Shown here: in pieces, positions 7,342-14,449 of the stretch
How the letters are laid out: every line of letters begins with the position of its first letter
Position numbering within the stretch: position 1 is the stretch's first letter
Assembly (NCBI GenBank): GCA_041497675.1
Contig: JBGQGY010000081.1
Location: forward strand, 1-18,012
Direction of reading: 5' to 3'
DNA length: 18,012 nt
DNA from: a bacterium
GTDB lineage: Bacteria; Sysuimicrobiota; Sysuimicrobiia; Sysuimicrobiales; Humicultoraceae
The notes under the pieces: model-generated
Told to the model about the DNA's origin: nothing
Database searches by the model: none
What the model saw: only the letters and a program-made list of their open reading frames with translations
Translations under genes and position numbers: made by a program

Positions 7342-8598
7342 TTACTGCGTCTTCAGCAGGTCGTTGCAGGCACTCACGGCCGCGTCCAGCGCCTGCTTGG
7401 ACGTCTTGAGACCCAGAAACGCGGCTTCCAGCTCGGGCGTCATGAGATTCAACACCTCACGAGAATAGAAGTGGACGGGTTCGGGCCGCGCGTACTTGGC
7501 CTCGTCGACGATCCGCCGGAACTCCGGTGTGGTCGCGTACTCTCCGGCCTGGAGCGACTTGCGCGGCGAGATGAAGCCCGTCACCCGGAGGATCTGCACC
7601 ATGTTCTGGGGGGTCGTGATGTGCAGAACCCACTTGAGCGCGGCTTCCTTGTTGCGGGACTTGTCGAAGATCGCATAGCTGCCGACGGTGCCGAAGTTGA
7701 TCTGCCGTTTGTCTTTGAGCGTCGGCCCGATCGCGAGTCGCATGTTCGGGGCCTGTCGCTTGACCGTCGGGATGTCGTTCGGCTCGGCCTGGACCAGGAC
7801 GCCCATCCGCCCGTTCGTGAACGACTCGCCGCCACCGGTAATGTTCGCCTGCTGCGCGTAGCCCTTCTTGAAGATGCCCACCATGAAGTCGAGCGCGCGG
7901 ACGCCCTCGGAGGAGTTGAACGCGCACGTCCGGCCGTTTGGCGCGTATACTTCGCCACCGGCCTGCCAGAGGAACGGGACAAACGTCGTCACGGGGGATG
8001 CGCGCTTCACATTGAACTGCGCCCCCCACTGGGTGCCCGACTTGGTCATGGCTTTCATGAACTCTTCGAATTCAGTCCAGTTGGTCGGCAGGCGGCTGGG
8101 ATTCATGCCGCTGCGTTCCATGAGGTCAACATTGTATACGTTTGTGAACATGCTGGTCAGGATGGGCAGACCATACAGCTTGGCCTTGCCGTAGAGTTTG
8201 CCCTTGTAGGTGGGCGCGCTGAGCGGCCCCGGCAGGTAGTCATCGAGCACGTCCTGCGGGACCCTCCCGTCGATGCTCCACAGGGCTCCGACCTCCGCGA
8301 ACTTGGGGAAGAAGTCGGTGTTGAGATAGGCGATGTCGGGCGTCGCATCGGCCGCGGCCGCCGCCATCATCTTTTCCATGCGCCCCGCCCAGGGAAAGAC
8401 CTCAATGTTGATCTTGATGCTGGGGTTGGCGCGTTCGAACGCCTGGATGATCGGTCGATAGAGCGCCGCATCGTCCCCACTCAGCGGAAACGCCCACATG
8501 GTCACGGTCGTCGATTGAGCGCGCGTGGGCACAGCCGGTATGAACAACATCAGCATGAGCCCGGTTACCAGGATCGTCTTCAGCAGGCTGCGTGTCAT
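7342..8598 (-). CDS. Sugar ABC transporter substrate-binding protein (family 1, 418 aa)
   Basis: Sec signal peptide ending PTRA-Q with no lipobox Cys; FERANPSIKINIE, TPDIAY, KLYGLP, PTNWTEF, FLWQAGG, SRNKEAALKW. ATGA overlap with iclR; SD GGAGGGG. Confidence 0.92.
   Translation of the reverse strand: MTRSLLKTILVTGLMLMLFIPAVPTRAQSTTVTMWAFPLSGDDAALYRPIIQAFERANPSIKINIEVFPWAGRMEKMMAAAAADATPDIAYLNTDFFPKFAEVGALWSIDGRVPQDVLDDYLPGPLSAPTYKGKLYGKAKLYGLPILTSMFTNVYNVDLMERSGMNPSRLPTNWTEFEEFMKAMTKSGTQWGAQFNVKRASPVTTFVPFLWQAGGEVYAPNGRTCAFNSSEGVRALDFMVGIFKKGYAQQANITGGGESFTNGRMGVLVQAEPNDIPTVKRQAPNMRLAIGPTLKDKRQINFGTVGSYAIFDKSRNKEAALKWVLHITTPQNMVQILRVTGFISPRKSLQAGEYATTPEFRRIVDEAKYARPEPVHFYSREVLNLMTPELEAAFLGLKTSKQALDAAVSACNDLLKTQ
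8170..8205 (-). repeat. Diverged in-frame 18-nt tandem duplication (KGKLYG / KAKLYG) inside the binding-protein gene
   Basis: The minus strand reads AAG GGC AAA CTC TAC GGC then AAG GCC AAG CTG TAT GGT: 13 of 18 nt identical, and four of the five differences are synonymous. Confidence 0.6.
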
Positions 8599-9401
8599 AC
8601 TTTGCTCCCCTCCCGTGTGGTGATCAATCGTCGTCCCTCGCCGCCCGGGCTGATTTCGGCCGCCGCGAGCGCCAGAGCGGAATGGAGTTCATGAGAGCCG
8701 GCCGGATTAAACCGAAAGGCCGGCCCCGAGATACTCAGTGCGGCGATTGTCCGGCCTGTGTACTCGCGGATCGGTGCCGCAATGCAGCTGATGCCTTCGA
8801 TAAATTCCTGGTCATCACAGGCATGGCCATCGTGGCGCACCTGGCGGAGCGTGCGAAGCAGACCCGCCAGGGACGTGTGTGTGTGCGGCGTATAGCGGGA
8901 CAGCCGTCGCCCCGCGTGGCGACGCCGGACTTCATCGTCGGTGAGACCCGCCAGCAGCACCTTGCCGAGCGCTGTGGCATGGGCGGGCGCGCGTCCGCCG
9001 GCTTTCACGCTGTACCGCAGCGGGTCGGTGGATTCCTGGGCGTCGACGTAGTGCACCTCCGTGCCATCAAGGACCGCCAGCGTGACCGTCTCGCTCCATC
9101 GCTGGACGAGACGCCGCATGACCGGCCGTGACTTGGCCAGCAGCGTGTTCTGCCGGAGCATGGATTGGCTGAACTGATGGAACCGAAGACCCAAGAAGTA
9201 ACGCTTTGTCACGGGGTCTTGCTCGATGTAGCCTCCAACCCTCAGGGTCGCGAGAAAGCGGTGGAGGGTCCCCTTGCTCATCTCCATCTGGCGGGCGAGA
9301 TCGCCGAGGCTAACACCCTCGTCGCCGCTTGCGACGGCGTCGAGGATCCGCATGGTCTTCTCGACGGATTTGATGGGGTAGTCGTAGGTCGCCAGCGCCA
9401 T
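8595..9401 (-). CDS. IclR family transcriptional regulator (268 aa)
   Basis: N-terminal wHTH (SVEKTMRILDAV...LGDLARQMEMSKGTLHRFLATL...GYIEQD) and C-terminal IclR effector domain (ETVTLAVL, HATALGKVLLA, GISCIAAPI, ALSISGP). Confidence 0.95.
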   Translation of the reverse strand: MALATYDYPIKSVEKTMRILDAVASGDEGVSLGDLARQMEMSKGTLHRFLATLRVGGYIEQDPVTKRYFLGLRFHQFSQSMLRQNTLLAKSRPVMRRLVQRWSETVTLAVLDGTEVHYVDAQESTDPLRYSVKAGGRAPAHATALGKVLLAGLTDDEVRRRHAGRRLSRYTPHTHTSLAGLLRTLRQVRHDGHACDDQEFIEGISCIAAPIREYTGRTIAALSISGPAFRFNPAGSHELHSALALAAAEISPGGEGRRLITTREGSKV

Positions 9402-9402
9402 A

Positions 9403-9419
9403 GTTTTACATAGTGGAAC
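9403..9419. promoter_or_regulatory. Candidate IclR operator (imperfect 17-bp palindrome GTTTTACATAGTGGAAC)
   Basis: GTT..AC-N3-GT..AAC symmetry (5 of 7 arm positions pair). It is AT-rich in a GC-rich genome and lies between the predicted iclR promoter and the iclR ATG. Confidence 0.55.
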
Positions 9420-9442
9420 GAGCTTTTACGGATTCTTTTCTG

Positions 9443-9471
9443 AGAATAGCGGTCTGCCCGACACGCGTCAA
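9443..9471 (-). promoter_or_regulatory. Sigma70-like promoter of the iclR/catabolic operon
   Basis: Minus strand: TTGACG (9471-9466), 17-nt spacer, TATTCT (9448-9443). Confidence 0.7.
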
Positions 9472-9478
9472 GCGCGCG

Positions 9479-9508
9479 TTGACGCCCGGCCGCGCCTCAT
9501 GTTAGCCT
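9479..9508 (+). promoter_or_regulatory. Sigma70-like promoter of hppA
   Basis: TTGACG (9479-9484), 18-nt spacer, TAGCCT (9503-9508), with an extended -10 TG at 9500-9501. Confidence 0.55.
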
Positions 9509-9568
9509 TTACAATTGCTTGTCCCACTACCACATCCCGGTTTCAACCGTGAACCAAGGACGAGGGGT

Positions 9569-11890
9569 ATGAGCGAATCCCAAATTACCCTGCCGCCTTT
9601 TGCGGCTCTCGAGACGCTGCTGTTGTGGCTGGTGCTCGCGTCGTCGATCGTCGCCCTAGGCTACGGCTGGCTGCTGCGGCAGCGGGTCGTCGCCAAGGAC
9701 CCGGGGCCCAAAAGCATGGTGGACGTGGCCACGGCGATTCAGGAAGGAGCCATGGCCTATCTCGGCCGCCAGATACGGGCCATGGTACCCTTTGTCGCCA
9801 TTGTGACCATCGGCCTCTACCTGCTCTACCGGCCGATCTATGCTGAGAACCCGATCCTGGCGATCGGCATCGCGGCGGCGTTCCTCATGGGGTGTATCGC
9901 GTCGTACGGCGCCGGCTTCGTCGGGATGACGTCCGCGGTCCAGGGCAATGTGCGTGTGGCAAATGCTGCGCGCCGGTCGTATCGCGAAGCGCTCAGCACC
10001 GCGTTCCAGGCCGGCACGATCTCGGGGATGTTCACCGTCGGACTGGGCCTGCTGGGTGCGACGATCATTTTCATGCTCTTCCGCGAGCACGCGACCCGCG
10101 TGCTGATCGGGTTTGGGTTTGGCGGCTCGCTCGTGGCCGCGTTCATGCGCGTCGGCGGCGGCATCTACACGAAGGCCGCCGACGTCGGCGCGGATCTGGT
10201 TGGCAAAATCGAAGTCGGCATCCCTGAAGACGATCCTCGCAACGCGGCCGTTATCGCCGACAACGTGGGCGACAACGTCGGCGACTGCGCCGGGATGGCC
10301 GCCGACGTCTTCGAATCGTACGAGGTCACGCTGGTGGCCGCCATCATCCTGGGGGCCGCAGCGCTGCTCGACCCCGGGTTCGTCAAACTGTACGGTGCCG
10401 CGGCAAGCGCCTTCGCGCTCAAGCTCATTATCTACCCGCTGCTTGTGCGCGCCCTCGGCGTGATCGCCTCTATCGTCGGCACGTGGAGCGTGCGGCCCAA
10501 GGACGAGGAAATCGGCGACCCCATGCGGCCGATCAACACCGGATTCTACGTGTCGGCCGGCGTGTCGGTGGTCGGCTTCGGTCTGATCAATCACTTCTAC
10601 CTCCTCGACCCCAGGACCGGCGCGCCTGACTATCGCTTCTTCCTGGCGACGCTGACGGGCATCATCCTCGCGCTGATTATCAGCCGCCTCACGGAGTATT
10701 TCACACATACCGACGGCGAGCCCGTCTCGGAGATCGCGCGGGCGAGCAAGACCGGTCCGGCGACGCTGCTGCTGGCAGGTTTGGGCTACGGACTCGAGTC
10801 GTCGGTGTGGGCTATCATCGCGATCGCGCTGACCATCGGCGCGTCGATGATGATCTTCGCCGGCAACGTCGCGCTGGCCGCCTACGGTATCGCGCTGGCC
10901 GGTCTGGGGCTGCTGACGACGACCGGGTACATCCTGGCGATGGACACCTACGGACCCATCGTGGACAATGCCAACGGGATTTTCGAGATGTCGGGCGAGT
11001 CGCACGGCGAGGAGACCCTGGCCGGACGCATCGTCGCGCGTCTGGACCAGGTGGGCAACACCACCAAGGCACTGACCAAGGGATTTGCGATCGCCACGGC
11101 GGTCGTCGCGGCGATCGCGCTCTTCCGATCGTTCATCGACGAGGCGCGGCTCTTTGTGCCCATCGACGAGCTGGTGCGCGCCGGCGGCGAAGCCGGCGCG
11201 GTGTTGCTCGATCGCGTTGGCATCCAGGTGAACCTGCCTCAGGTCTTCATCGGCATGCTGATCGGCGGCGCCGTTCCGTTCCTGGTGTCGTCGTTCCTGA
11301 TCCGCGCGGTCGGCCGCTCGGCGTTTCAGGTCGTCACCGAAGTGCGGCGCCAGTTTCGCGAGATCCCCGGCATCATGGAAGGGACGAACCGTCCCGACTA
11401 TTCGCGGTGCGTCGATATTGTGACGCGGGCCGCGCAGCACGAGCTGCTGAGCCCGGCGCTGATCAGCATCGGCACCCCGGTGCTCGTGGGCTTTGGGATG
11501 GGCGCCTCGGCGCTTGGTGGCTACCTGGCGGGCGCGATCCTGACGGCGCAGTTGCTTGCCGTGTTCATGGCCAACACCGGCGGCGCGTGGGACAATGCCA
11601 AGAAGAAGATCGAGGACGGCTATCTGGGCGGCAAGGGTACCGAGAACCACAAGGCGTCGGTGATCGGCGATACCGTGGGCGATCCCCTCAAGGACACTGC
11701 CGGCCCCGCGCTCAACCCCTTGATCAAGGTGATGAACCTGGTGGCGATCTTGATCGCCCCGATCGTCATCAGACCGCTTAGCGCCGAGGTGCGCGCGCTC
11801 GTGGTCGTGGGTTCGTTGATCCTGATTGGCACCGCGGTCTACCTGAGCCGCCGCGGGACGATCCGCGACGAGGCGCCGGCCGGCGCGTAG
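9569..11890 (+). CDS. hppA: Membrane-bound pyrophosphatase, K+-independent type (PPi-energised proton pump, 773 aa)
   Basis: Signature GGGIYTKAADVGADLVGKIEVGIPEDDPRNAAVIADNVGDNVGDCAG, DTYGPIVDNANG, GNTTKALTKG (Lys at the K+-dependence position), GGAWDNAKK, GDTVGDPLKDTAGPALNPLIK. Likely start is ATG 9569 after AGGACGAGGGG. Confidence 0.97.
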   Translation: MSESQITLPPFAALETLLLWLVLASSIVALGYGWLLRQRVVAKDPGPKSMVDVATAIQEGAMAYLGRQIRAMVPFVAIVTIGLYLLYRPIYAENPILAIGIAAAFLMGCIASYGAGFVGMTSAVQGNVRVANAARRSYREALSTAFQAGTISGMFTVGLGLLGATIIFMLFREHATRVLIGFGFGGSLVAAFMRVGGGIYTKAADVGADLVGKIEVGIPEDDPRNAAVIADNVGDNVGDCAGMAADVFESYEVTLVAAIILGAAALLDPGFVKLYGAAASAFALKLIIYPLLVRALGVIASIVGTWSVRPKDEEIGDPMRPINTGFYVSAGVSVVGFGLINHFYLLDPRTGAPDYRFFLATLTGIILALIISRLTEYFTHTDGEPVSEIARASKTGPATLLLAGLGYGLESSVWAIIAIALTIGASMMIFAGNVALAAYGIALAGLGLLTTTGYILAMDTYGPIVDNANGIFEMSGESHGEETLAGRIVARLDQVGNTTKALTKGFAIATAVVAAIALFRSFIDEARLFVPIDELVRAGGEAGAVLLDRVGIQVNLPQVFIGMLIGGAVPFLVSSFLIRAVGRSAFQVVTEVRRQFREIPGIMEGTNRPDYSRCVDIVTRAAQHELLSPALISIGTPVLVGFGMGASALGGYLAGAILTAQLLAVFMANTGGAWDNAKKKIEDGYLGGKGTENHKASVIGDTVGDPLKDTAGPALNPLIKVMNLVAILIAPIVIRPLSAEVRALVVVGSLILIGTAVYLSRRGTIRDEAPAGA

Positions 11891-11951
11891 CGCGCGCCAA
11901 GTCGGCCTTGCCGCGGCGGCCAGCTTGCAGCCGGGCATGCCCCACCCAAGA

Positions 11952-11991
11952 GGCCGGCCGGGTTCGCAAGAACCCGGCCGGTCACGCTTTT
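11952..11991 (+). terminator. Strong hairpin, probable intrinsic terminator or 3' stabilising stem after hppA
   Basis: Perfect 12-bp stem CCGGCCGGGTTC (11954-11965), GCAA GNRA loop, GAACCCGGCCGG (11970-11981), followed by TCACGCTTTT (short, displaced U-tract). Confidence 0.6.
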
Positions 11992-12036
11992 CGCGACTAG
12001 CGCCCGCCAGAACGGGGCAGTCAAGAAGTCGAACCC

Positions 12037-13611
12037 ATGATCGCGCCCTCGACGTATACGGTCCGCCAGCCGGGTCTCGCGTTTGGCGATCTGATCCGCC
12101 TGACCTTCCTGGCGTCCCCGATCGCCGTCCTCGTGCTGTTGCTGTGGCATCCCCACTTGGATCCGCGGCTGCAGGCGCCGGCCTTTCACTTCATGATCGT
12201 GACGATGGCGACCGGTCTCGCCCTCGTTGTGGGTCTACTGGTCCTCGCCGTCGCCGGGCGCCTGCGGGACGCGCGCGCCTTCGCACTCGGGCTGGCATTC
12301 AGCGCCATCGCAGGTTTCCTCTTCATCCACGGCCTGCTGACGCCCGGATTCGTGTTCAAGGACGCCAGCAACTGGATCGGCTGGGCCCCGCTCGTCGGGC
12401 TGATGCTCGGTGCGGTCTTCCTGTTGTTCAGCACGGTGCGGCAGCGGCCCGGCGGCGAGTCGTGGGTCTTTGCGCGCCGCAAGCTCATCCTGGCGTGCCT
12501 CGTCGCGGCCTGGGTAGCGTTCTTCATCCTCGCGGTCACGTTCCCCAAGTTCCTATATGATCACCCGACGTCGCTGTCGGGGTATCTGTCGCACGGGGAA
12601 CACCAGGTGTTGGGGCAGCCAGGCAGCTCCGCCCGGGACGAGTATTCGCGATCGGCCGGTGCGGTGACTGAGCGCCCGCCGTGGATTGCCGGCGTGCTCG
12701 TCGGCATCACCGCGCTGCTGCTGCTGGTGACGACCCTGCGGTACGTCCGCAACTATCGGTTGAGCCGGCTGCCGCTCCACGCTACCATCGTCGCGGGCCT
12801 CGTGCTGCTGATGGAAAGTCTGCTGTCGTTCTTCTTCGCATCCGTCTGGCACGTGAGTTGGTGGGAGTACCACGTGCTCATGCTCCTAGGCTTCGTGACG
12901 ATCTTCTATGGTCTCATCCTCGATTACCGCCGGGACGCCAGCCTGACGCGCACCATCTCGTCGCTGCTGCTCAGCGGCTCGGTCGAAGCGCTCGAGCAAT
13001 CCTACAGCGAAGTCCTCACGGCGCTCGTGTTGGCGGTCGAAGCAAAGGATCCCTACACGAAAGGCCATTCCGAGAAAGTCGCACGCCTCGCCGTGCAACT
13101 CGGCGAGCAACTGGGCCTGCCGCCCGAGCGCCTGCGGGTGCTCTACCAGGCCGGGCTGATGCACGATATCGGGAAGATCGGGGTCCCCGACTGGATCCTC
13201 AACAAGCCCGGGCGTCTGACGCCGTCCGAGTTCGCGGTGGTCCGGGGGCATCCGGCGCGATCGGAGGAGATGATCGGCAAGATCCCATCGCTACGGTCGA
13301 CCCTGCCGGGCATCCGGTGGCACCATGAGCGTTTGGACGGCAGCGGTTATCCGGACGGCATCAAAGGTGACGTGATCCCGCTGGAGGCCCGCATCCTGGC
13401 CGTGGCTGATGTCTTCGACGCGATGACATCCGGACGGTCGTATCGGCCCGCGCAGGCCGAAGGCGCCGCGCAGGTCTTCCTGCAGCACAACGTCGGGACG
13501 GTGTTCGACGCTAAATGCGTTGAGGCCCTGACGCGTTTGATCGAAGGACCGGCAGCATCAGCGCAAGCGCGGGTCCAGCACCTCACGCAGCCCGTCCCCC
13601 ACCAGGTTTAG
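12037..13611 (+). CDS. Membrane-sensor HD-GYP domain protein, probable c-di-GMP phosphodiesterase (524 aa)
   Basis: About 8 N-terminal hydrophobic helices; C-terminal EAKDPYTKGHS, MHDIGKIG, ILNKPGRLT, HHERLDGSGYPDG, ARILAVADVFDAMTSGRSYR. Confidence 0.92.
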   Translation: MIAPSTYTVRQPGLAFGDLIRLTFLASPIAVLVLLLWHPHLDPRLQAPAFHFMIVTMATGLALVVGLLVLAVAGRLRDARAFALGLAFSAIAGFLFIHGLLTPGFVFKDASNWIGWAPLVGLMLGAVFLLFSTVRQRPGGESWVFARRKLILACLVAAWVAFFILAVTFPKFLYDHPTSLSGYLSHGEHQVLGQPGSSARDEYSRSAGAVTERPPWIAGVLVGITALLLLVTTLRYVRNYRLSRLPLHATIVAGLVLLMESLLSFFFASVWHVSWWEYHVLMLLGFVTIFYGLILDYRRDASLTRTISSLLLSGSVEALEQSYSEVLTALVLAVEAKDPYTKGHSEKVARLAVQLGEQLGLPPERLRVLYQAGLMHDIGKIGVPDWILNKPGRLTPSEFAVVRGHPARSEEMIGKIPSLRSTLPGIRWHHERLDGSGYPDGIKGDVIPLEARILAVADVFDAMTSGRSYRPAQAEGAAQVFLQHNVGTVFDAKCVEALTRLIEGPAASAQARVQHLTQPVPHQV

Positions 13612-14448
13612 CGACAGCACCGTCACAAAGATCGCAATACCGGGCCACATCGCCATCCACGGTGCCCGACTCAGGTACGCCTGGGCGATGTTGAGCATCG
13701 ACCCCCAGGACGGCGTTGGCGGCTGCGTCCCCAGTCCAAGAAAGCTCAGCGTAGCTTCGAGGGTGATGGCTGCGGCCGCCGCCAGCGAAGCCTGCACGAG
13801 CACCGGGGATAGGCTGTTCGGCAGGATGTGCTTCCACAAGATGCGTGCGTCCCGCGCGCCCAAGCCACGCGCCGCCTCAACGTAGGCTTTCTCGCGCTCG
13901 CTCAGTACCTGGGCGCGCGACAGCCGGATGAAGCCGGGGGTGAACACGATCCCAATGGCGATCATCGCTTTGCCCAACCCGGCCCCCAGGACGGCGGCGA
14001 TGGCGAGGGCCAGCACCAGGAATGGAAACGACAATAGCGCGTCGGTGAGACGCATGATGAAGTTGTCGAACCGGCCGCGCACAAACCCAGACGTCAGCCC
14101 CAGCGGGAGACCAATCGCAAGTGCGATGCCCACCGAGATGACGCCGGCCAGCAGCGACGTACGCGCCCCAAAGATCAGGCGGCTGAGGATGTCGCGACCC
14201 AGGTCATCGGTCCCCAGCGGGTGCGCGCGCGTCGGCGCCTGCAGCAGGTTGTTGAAGTCGGTCTTGGTTGGATCATACGGCGCGACCACTGACGCAAAGG
14301 TGGCGGACGAGAAGACGATCAGGACGACCCACAGGCCTGCGAGCGCCAGCCGGTTCCTGGCGTACCGGTGCAGGAAGTAGCGGAAGCCGACCGTCGAGGC
14401 GCGCCGGGCTGGGCCCGCGAGCGGTAGGGTCTCCTCCCGAGTAGCCAT
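13558..14448 (-). CDS. Peptide/nickel ABC transporter permease (DppC/OppC-like, 296 aa)
   Basis: Likely start is ATG 14448 (MATREE, SD GAGGAG upstream). Motifs HPLGTDDLGRDILSRLIFGARTSL, YVEAARGLGA, HILPN, LSFLGLG, PSWG, GDGLREVLDPR. Confidence 0.93.
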   Translation of the reverse strand: MATREETLPLAGPARRASTVGFRYFLHRYARNRLALAGLWVVLIVFSSATFASVVAPYDPTKTDFNNLLQAPTRAHPLGTDDLGRDILSRLIFGARTSLLAGVISVGIALAIGLPLGLTSGFVRGRFDNFIMRLTDALLSFPFLVLALAIAAVLGAGLGKAMIAIGIVFTPGFIRLSRAQVLSEREKAYVEAARGLGARDARILWKHILPNSLSPVLVQASLAAAAAITLEATLSFLGLGTQPPTPSWGSMLNIAQAYLSRAPWMAMWPGIAIFVTVLSLNLVGDGLREVLDPRLR

Positions 14449-14449
14449 C

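Noticed and set aside
2491..8694. Long plus-strand ORFs (e.g. 2491..3750, 4242..5024, 5769..6533, 7471..8694)
   Set aside because: All lie antisense to well-supported minus-strand genes and lack motifs.
9510..9515. TACAAT as the hppA -10 box
   Set aside because: It is 25 nt from TTGACG and has no usable -35 or extended TG; TAGCCT fits the spacing better, though this box cannot be fully excluded.
9656..11938. 760-aa minus-strand ORF
   Set aside because: Antisense shadow of hppA; the translation is rich in Arg, His and Asp with no recognisable motifs, as expected from GC-rich codon bias.
11873..11942. Short GC palindromes GCGCCGGCCGGCGC (11873-11886) and GGGCATGCCC (11933-11942)
   Set aside because: Expected by chance at this GC content, with no supporting context.
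11891..12036. Possible c-di-GMP riboswitch upstream of the HD-GYP gene
   Set aside because: Only a single hairpin is present; I cannot find the class I conserved elements (GCAAAC...GAAA...GACGCAAAGC) or a class II architecture. An Rfam scan would settle it.
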